Part shown: positions 58,828 through 64,000 of the stretch, in pieces
Layout of the letters: each line of letters starts with the position of its first letter
Numbering within the stretch: the first letter of the stretch is position 1
NCBI GenBank assembly: GCA_964397415.1
Contig: CAYNIJ010000010.1
Location: 22,021 to 86,020, forward strand
DNA: 64,000 nucleotides
Reading direction: 5' to 3'
Origin: an uncultured Ignavibacteriales bacterium
Lineage (GTDB): Bacteria; Zixibacteria; MSB-5A5; GN15; FEB-12
Program-made: the position numbers and the translations under genes
The notes under the pieces: generated by a model
Told to the model about the DNA's origin: nothing
What the model saw: only the letters and a program-made list of their open reading frames with translations
Database searches by the model: none

Positions 58828-61800
58828 TTAGAAGCGGATCTCCGCCCAGATCTGAAGCATGCGGACATGGCTCTTGCGTTCGCCGTCCTTGGTATCCTGC
58901 CAGGTAGCCGTCAATCCCCCCTTTATTTGCGTGCTGAAATCATAAGAGATGACTGGCGTGACCATCAGGTCCGACTTGTCAGCCGAGGGCCGCAGCGGAT
59001 TATCACCGTTTGCCGATTGGGATTCATTGGTCGTATGCCGGACGTTCAACTCAAGATTCATGGTCGACGATATTTTCATCTTGCCGAACAGCGGGAGTTT
59101 CAAACCACCCGGAGCGCGGAATGAATAGCGGCTGGTCACAGTGATACTTCTCTGCTTGGACTCCGTACGACTGGAGACACCACCGGTAGACTGGTTATAT
59201 CGAACCGCCTTCTTCTTATCCAGGCCATACGTTGCGGATAGCGAGAGCGCCTTGAACAACTTGAAATTGACGCCAAGGAGCGGATTAAAATCCTCTGACT
59301 CAGTCTCGGAAAGCGGCCGACCCAGGCTGAGGATGAAGTCTTCTGTCTTCTCTCGGCTGTACCCGGTCCGCGGCGCAAAAATGTCGATCAGTTTGTTGAC
59401 CGGCCCTTTTATCAATGGCAGCGTCTTGAATTTGCCGATTGTCACATCCAGGTCGGGCCAACTGGTCGAGGTCCGCTCCGACTTGTCACCTATCTTGACC
59501 AGGTCTCGGTTGATGGTCCGCTTGAAGCGGACCTTGGTGGATATTCCCCCCAATAACCTGAATCCCGAGTTGAATTCATAGTTCTCGGATTCACGTGCTT
59601 CCGGATTTCGACTCTCTCGTATGGTCGGAACATCGGTCGTCAACTCAAAGCCGAAGCGATACCGCCAATCCGGTCGCTCCTGCATTCCGGGAACCGAGGC
59701 CGTGTGGCCGCGACCATACTTGTATTGGATCGGATCTACCCAGCCGGTCAGTAACCGGAGCCCGGCAAACGGCAGATCGACAATATTGAGTTTGGCCTTC
59801 GGCCCACTTGACGCCTTCTTGTTCTTGTCACCAAGCTTCTTAAGATCTTCCTGGCGATACCCGCGCGCCCGTTCCTTCTCCGTCATTTGCGTCTGTTTGC
59901 TGCCTGACTTTCCTGAACCACCCTTTCGGGTCATGGAAAGCAAGTCGATATGTCGCAAGGTTCCAGAGACTGACCAGCTCCGGTTCAGGTCGCTTTTCCG
60001 GGTTTTTGAGGTTCGCTCAAAATTGTCCGAGTAGGTTGCCGTGTACCCGAACTGCGTCCCGAGCCAGGCGAAGAGCTTGGGATCATAGTTGGCTGAGAAG
60101 TTCTGTGAGTAATACGTCTGTAAGCCCAACCGGAACTCTTTGAGCCCGACCTTTACCTTGTCGTCATTCGTCAAATCGTTGCGAGTCGTAAACGCATAGG
60201 TGAATCCGAGATTCTCAAAAAGCTTGTACGCAAGGTCCGACCCACCGTCAAAATCGCGTTGCAGTGATGACGTTCGCTTCTGGTTCGCGTCATCGGACAC
60301 ATTGATCTGCCGATTGAATGTCCCGCGCCACCGCCACTGGTGCGGGAAGAACGATATTTTGGTATCCTTCAGGTCACGCAGGAAGATTATTGACTTGGTC
60401 CACTTGAGCGGCGAAATACTGGGCGGCTGCTGCCAGGACATGTCAAACGAACCGCTGAAATTGTAGTTCTCTGAGAAATTGTACGGCCGGGTGACATCGG
60501 TACGAGTGCTCCGGCTATAAGAGAAATTCACCTGCTGACGATTCAGGAAGAGGTTGAAAAGCGGGTTCTTCCCCTTGTAGCGGAATTGCTCCGAGGCGCG
60601 CACGCCGCGCGTGATCGACGTGATCCGCTCCAGTTCACGTACATCCTCGGGCAGAACGATATCCGAATTGGTTCGCAGGATCGGCAACTGGGTCGATTTG
60701 GCGTAATTGTAGCCGACCGGCAGCGACGCGTTCAACGCTCTGGGCAGGAAGCGGTCGAGATTCATGCTGACGGACCACGAATAGCTGTTATCCTCAGACC
60801 CGCTCCCTAGATTGTCCGATGATCCGCCACGAGTGGTCGCTGAGATTCCGCGGAAATATGGATTCTTTTTCTCCCACTGCAAATTGTAGGAGCCAACATC
60901 CGCCAGGTTACCCGTCAGGTCGAAGCGCGCTGCCTCTCCGACATCCTTGCGGACATTGGTAACGCGCAGTTCATCAAGCCAGATCTCGCCATTTGCTTTG
61001 GCGGTCGAATCGGTGTTGAGAACACCCGCGGCCATCCACTGCACTTGGTTGATATTCGGGTTACCTTTGATGCGGTAATTCCCTACCGCACTGTCGACCG
61101 CGCTCGGCGGTGAACCTTCAGGCAAGGCCCGCTGAAACGCGTCTTTCAGGCCCGTCAATTCCGCAAAATCGATCCTGACATGGTTGGCCGGATCCCACCC
61201 CGGACGGATCATCGTGCGATATTCGTAATAGTTCTTCTCATCGTTCCCCAGACGATAGAAGAACATCACCGAGTCAGAGGGAAGCTCGTTAGCCTTATTC
61301 CCTCCGTGGACGTACATCTCCAGCGCGCTGTAACCCGAATAGCGGTCGACCGACGGCAGTTTCTTCACTGCCATACAGGTGTCGCCAACCATTACATTCT
61401 CAAAGACCAGCCCAAGACCCTTTTGGGTCTCGGTCACGTTGTTTGTTTGGTCTTCGTACGCTTCCACTCCCGGTGGCGCGACGAATGTCCCCTCGTCCTC
61501 GCTCAGCGATGCCACCACGAACTTGGCGGTGTCATCCCGTCCGCGACGAAGAATGGTGGTATCACGCCAGTTCGATTGCACAAAATACCAGGCCGCCACC
61601 TCCACCGTATCCCAACGATCCGCCGGAGCGTCGGACTCAAACCAGACGCGGGCATGTTTGATGTTGGTCCATGCCGCCGGCAAACCCGAACTGGGCGCTA
61701 CTATCGTGTCCAGCCTGCTCGAATCTCGGATCGGAATACGGAATGTCATCCAGCCACTGTCATTGCGCGAGCCAGGCACATAAAATCCTGTGTCCGAAAG

Positions 61801-64000
61801 GTCACTCAAGTCGATGGTATAGGAAAAGTAGGCGTTCTGCTCTACGAAGTTGACCGTGGTCAACTGCTCGGCATCCGGTGTCGCCAAATTGACGATATCT
61901 TCCAGGTTCCCTTCGGTACCGTTCAAGAAGTCATAGTATCGCGGATCATTGTCGTCATCGTATCTTGAGGGATCGCAACTCGGCAACGGACATATACCCG
62001 CCCCCTCTCCACCTGCAGCTGTGTACCAGTTATCTCCCGATGGATCCGGGTTGGTAAGCGCGTCGTAGCCATCCTCAAGTGCGTCTGGTTTAAGGTCGAT
62101 CCCTACATCCTCGCCCTCTTCCAACCGACCATTCTGGAACTGATCGACCACACCATCTTCAGTGTTGTTTGAGCCGTTATCGTCGACATCTTCAGAGATT
62201 TCGCCGAAATCAAAATGCAGTTTTCCGCGGTCTCCCTTTACGCGCACCTCAAAGAGCTGAACGCGATAGGCGTCGATTCCGGCAAAGTAGGTCATTATCC
62301 CGCCATACGACGGACCCGGAAGCGTGTCCACAAGGTTCGTGTCCGCTATCTGCGGCGTACCATCGGGACGCCAGATCATTCGGAAAGTATTGACCGTCCC
62401 CTGCCCCTGACGCACATCACGGTCGTAAATCTCCTGGAGTGGTCGCCCTCCCACCGGGTTGTGCCAGAGAAGTTTTGACCGTTCGTGGTCACTCGCCAAT
62501 TGCAATGGCTTGGATGACAGCGTCCAGCCGCCACGCCCCAGCGGAAGGTTCAGTTGCTCAAGTGCCGACTCGAAATCATCAATGTACGCGACGTTGTCGA
62601 CGTTCGGGTTCGGACGCGACTGCGCTATTTCTCCCGACAGAGTCATGGTTGACGGAGCTTCGGTTCGAATCAGCGGTAGGGCATTGAGCGCTTTGGTGAT
62701 AAACTTCGGATAAAGTTTCAGCGTCCCGTCCATATCCAGCACGGTCATGGTCGCCGTTTCCTGACCTACGCGCGGCTTGCGATCCTGCGCCTTGTCGGTC
62801 TTATACAGCATCGTCGATCCAATCCTGAAATCATCACTGAACGAGTATTCACCGCGCAGACCGAAGAGTGACTTCTTCTGAATGGCCAGGAACGGCGCAT
62901 ATTCGAAATCGACCGTCACTTTGGCGTTGGGGTCGAGCGCTTCCGGTGACAACAGGGTGATGGTCCCGAAATCATACTGGATACTGTAGTCCGGCCCACG
63001 CGTCAGCACCTTGCCATCCGCAACCACACGCTCAGAACCTTCGATGATATTGGCGCGATTCAAACGAATAACCGAGCCTCTACTGCGGCTGGAATACTCT
63101 ATATAGTACAGCGAGTTTTCGGTCTTCTCTTTGGTCGAGGTATACCTGTATATCTTCTCATTTTTCTCTTCAAGCTCAGGCTGAGTCACTCCGCTGGCCG
63201 ATGTATAGACAGCATTTGTGTTAAACGGCTCGCGATCCGGGAAAATGATCAGCCCCCATTCGGACTCAAAGACTTCGCGACGGTCGTCGATCTTGCCATC
63301 CGGTTCCCGTACTTCCTGAGCATTGTATTGGTCGAGCCCAAGTATCTTGGTGAATTCCGCGGATACGCCGCCCGCTCCTGACTGATAGTCAACGGCAGCC
63401 GAGGTCCCCTCATTGCCAACCGGAGCTTTGAACACCTTGATGTTCAAGTCCGCCGCTTGTGATCCTTTGGGAATCGTATAGACATTTCGCCAGACATATG
63501 GCCAAGTTGGATGACTCGGGTTGGTCGCCTGGCCACCCGGACGAAGCATTTTGAGGATCAGCGTATCGCCCTGCGTTTGATCGCCGATCGTATCTACTCC
63601 GATGATTGCGTCCGTCAGCGTGTCGCGACGCTCCACCACCATCCAGATACCAAGCAGATAGTCGCGACGCATGGAATTGAATACGATATAATGTCTGTTT
63701 CTTTCAGCATCATCGAACCAGTCATAGAGGTTGTCATCGACCTCTTCAACCTTCTGGGTCACCTGAAATACGTCCAGAGTATCATCTGGATCGACTCGCG
63801 TGATCGCCATGGGAAGACTGGCCGCTTCCTCCGGTCGACTGTACGTGCGCCCTTCGTAGACCAACAGATTGAGCACGCGATCGTTCTTCCCAAATTCCTC
63901 CGGCAACCCCAGGTCAAAGATTCGTCCTTCGGCATAATCCCAATCACGAATCCGTTGCGCTGATTCATCCCCTGTTGCCGAGATGGAAGAACGCTCAGTT
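58828..64000 (-). CDS. sprA: SprA-like type IX secretion translocon (C-terminal ~1720 codons; N-terminus beyond the right edge)
   Basis: The track ORF starts at a TTG (63906), but the frame has no stop through 64000, so the gene is truncated by the window. Giant beta-rich protein ending ...LQIWAEIRF. Size and composition match SprA/Sov. Family call from memory. Confidence 0.75.
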   Translation of the reverse strand, partial: TERSSISATGDESAQRIRDWDYAEGRIFDLGLPEEFGKNDRVLNLLVYEGRTYSRPEEAASLPMAITRVDPDDTLDVFQVTQKVEEVDDNLYDWFDDAERNRHYIVFNSMRRDYLLGIWMVVERRDTLTDAIIGVDTIGDQTQGDTLILKMLRPGGQATNPSHPTWPYVWRNVYTIPKGSQAADLNIKVFKAPVGNEGTSAAVDYQSGAGGVSAEFTKILGLDQYNAQEVREPDGKIDDRREVFESEWGLIIFPDREPFNTNAVYTSASGVTQPELEEKNEKIYRYTSTKEKTENSLYYIEYSSRSRGSVIRLNRANIIEGSERVVADGKVLTRGPDYSIQYDFGTITLLSPEALDPNAKVTVDFEYAPFLAIQKKSLFGLRGEYSFSDDFRIGSTMLYKTDKAQDRKPRVGQETATMTVLDMDGTLKLYPKFITKALNALPLIRTEAPSTMTLSGEIAQSRPNPNVDNVAYIDDFESALEQLNLPLGRGGWTLSSKPLQLASDHERSKLLWHNPVGGRPLQEIYDRDVRQGQGTVNTFRMIWRPDGTPQIADTNLVDTLPGPSYGGIMTYFAGIDAYRVQLFEVRVKGDRGKLHFDFGEISEDVDDNGSNNTEDGVVDQFQNGRLEEGEDVGIDLKPDALEDGYDALTNPDPSGDNWYTAAGGEGAGICPLPSCDPSRYDDDNDPRYYDFLNGTEGNLEDIVNLATPDAEQLTTVNFVEQNAYFSYTIDLSDLSDTGFYVPGSRNDSGWMTFRIPIRDSSRLDTIVAPSSGLPAAWTNIKHARVWFESDAPADRWDTVEVAAWYFVQSNWRDTTILRRGRDDTAKFVVASLSEDEGTFVAPPGVEAYEDQTNNVTETQKGLGLVFENVMVGDTCMAVKKLPSVDRYSGYSALEMYVHGGNKANELPSDSVMFFYRLGNDEKNYYEYRTMIRPGWDPANHVRIDFAELTGLKDAFQRALPEGSPPSAVDSAVGNYRIKGNPNINQVQWMAAGVLNTDSTAKANGEIWLDELRVTNVRKDVGEAARFDLTGNLADVGSYNLQWEKKNPYFRGISATTRGGSSDNLGSGSEDNSYSWSVSMNLDRFLPRALNASLPVGYNYAKSTQLPILRTNSDIVLPEDVRELERITSITRGVRASEQFRYKGKNPLFNLFLNRQQVNFSYSRSTRTDVTRPYNFSENYNFSGSFDMSWQQPPSISPLKWTKSIIFLRDLKDTKISFFPHQWRWRGTFNRQINVSDDANQKRTSSLQRDFDGGSDLAYKLFENLGFTYAFTTRNDLTNDDKVKVGLKEFRLGLQTYYSQNFSANYDPKLFAWLGTQFGYTATYSDNFERTSKTRKSDLNRSWSVSGTLRHIDLLSMTRKGGSGKSGSKQTQMTEKERARGYRQEDLKKLGDKNKKASSGPKAKLNIVDLPFAGLRLLTGWVDPIQYKYGRGHTASVPGMQERPDWRYRFGFELTTDVPTIRESRNPEARESENYEFNSGFRLLGGISTKVRFKRTINRDLVKIGDKSERTSTSWPDLDVTIGKFKTLPLIKGPVNKLIDIFAPRTGYSREKTEDFILSLGRPLSETESEDFNPLLGVNFKLFKALSLSATYGLDKKKAVRYNQSTGGVSSRTESKQRSITVTSRYSFRAPGGLKLPLFGKMKISSTMNLELNVRHTTNESQSANGDNPLRPSADKSDLMVTPVISYDFSTQIKGGLTATWQDTKDGERKSHVRMLQIWAEIRF

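Noticed and set aside
63904-63906. Start codon of the 1692-aa ORF (apparent full-length SprA start).
   Set aside because: The codon is TTG, and the frame has no stop from 63907 to 64000 (checked codon by codon). The gene is truncated by the window edge rather than starting here.

Overview
Gene-dense chromosomal window. I call 58 protein-coding genes, 53 of them on the minus strand. I found no rRNA, tRNA, CRISPR array, transposase or integrase by eye. All function calls rest on motif recognition in the translated ORFs; no database search was possible.

The ORF track prints TTG/GTG starts as M (checked at 25302 = ttg and 63904-63906 = caa/TTG). I therefore re-picked several starts using Shine-Dalgarno sequences, signal peptides and promoter positions.

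Content is mostly housekeeping:
- lepB-rseP-dxr.
- An OMP / Ig-like lipoprotein pair and a cyclophilin.
- hbd-ackA.
- A very long co-directional string: aldehyde dehydrogenase, COG2403-like P-loop protein, carbamate kinase, CCA enzyme, sucCD, four-subunit 2-oxoacid:ferredoxin oxidoreductase, ndk, LarA-family protein, mdh, icd.
- smg-coaBC-udg-dnaB-mlaEF-radA-tgt.
- gatA, two hydrolases, gatB-purNCH.
- glnA, dCMP deaminase, NfeD/SPFH.
- sprA (T9SS translocon, truncated at the right edge), a glutaminyl-cyclase-like M28 lipoprotein, selA, selB and an amidohydrolase.

Promoters that can be read by eye are sigma70-like (TTGACx, 16-17 nt spacer, TATAxT). SprA together with such promoters, SelAB and a ferredoxin-dependent KOR suggests an uncultured FCB-superphylum bacterium outside the Bacteroidia; this is inference only.

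Most interesting observations:
1. A three-gene envelope operon at 35210-37955. It encodes a compact Cyc2-like fused monoheme cytochrome-porin (signal peptide, CKNCH, beta-barrel), a Calx-beta lipoprotein whose Planctomycete-cytochrome-like domain carries a CX4CH variant motif, and YceI. This is a candidate outer-membrane redox / Fe(II) module.
2. A lower-GC two-gene cassette at 8627-10428 with its own promoter. It encodes a single-pass membrane protein and a TIR / nucleoside-deoxyribosyltransferase-like Rossmannoid protein. This is a candidate conflict module.
3. A catalytically intact LarA-family gene translationally coupled to mdh.
4. SucD carrying a 52-residue histone-H1-like SPKK tail.
5. 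Three promoters whose -10 box lies exactly 6 nt from the start codon (comEB-like, gatA, QC-like), implying leaderless mRNAs.
6. TGTGA...TCACA palindromes upstream of glnA and in the aldehyde dehydrogenase leader.
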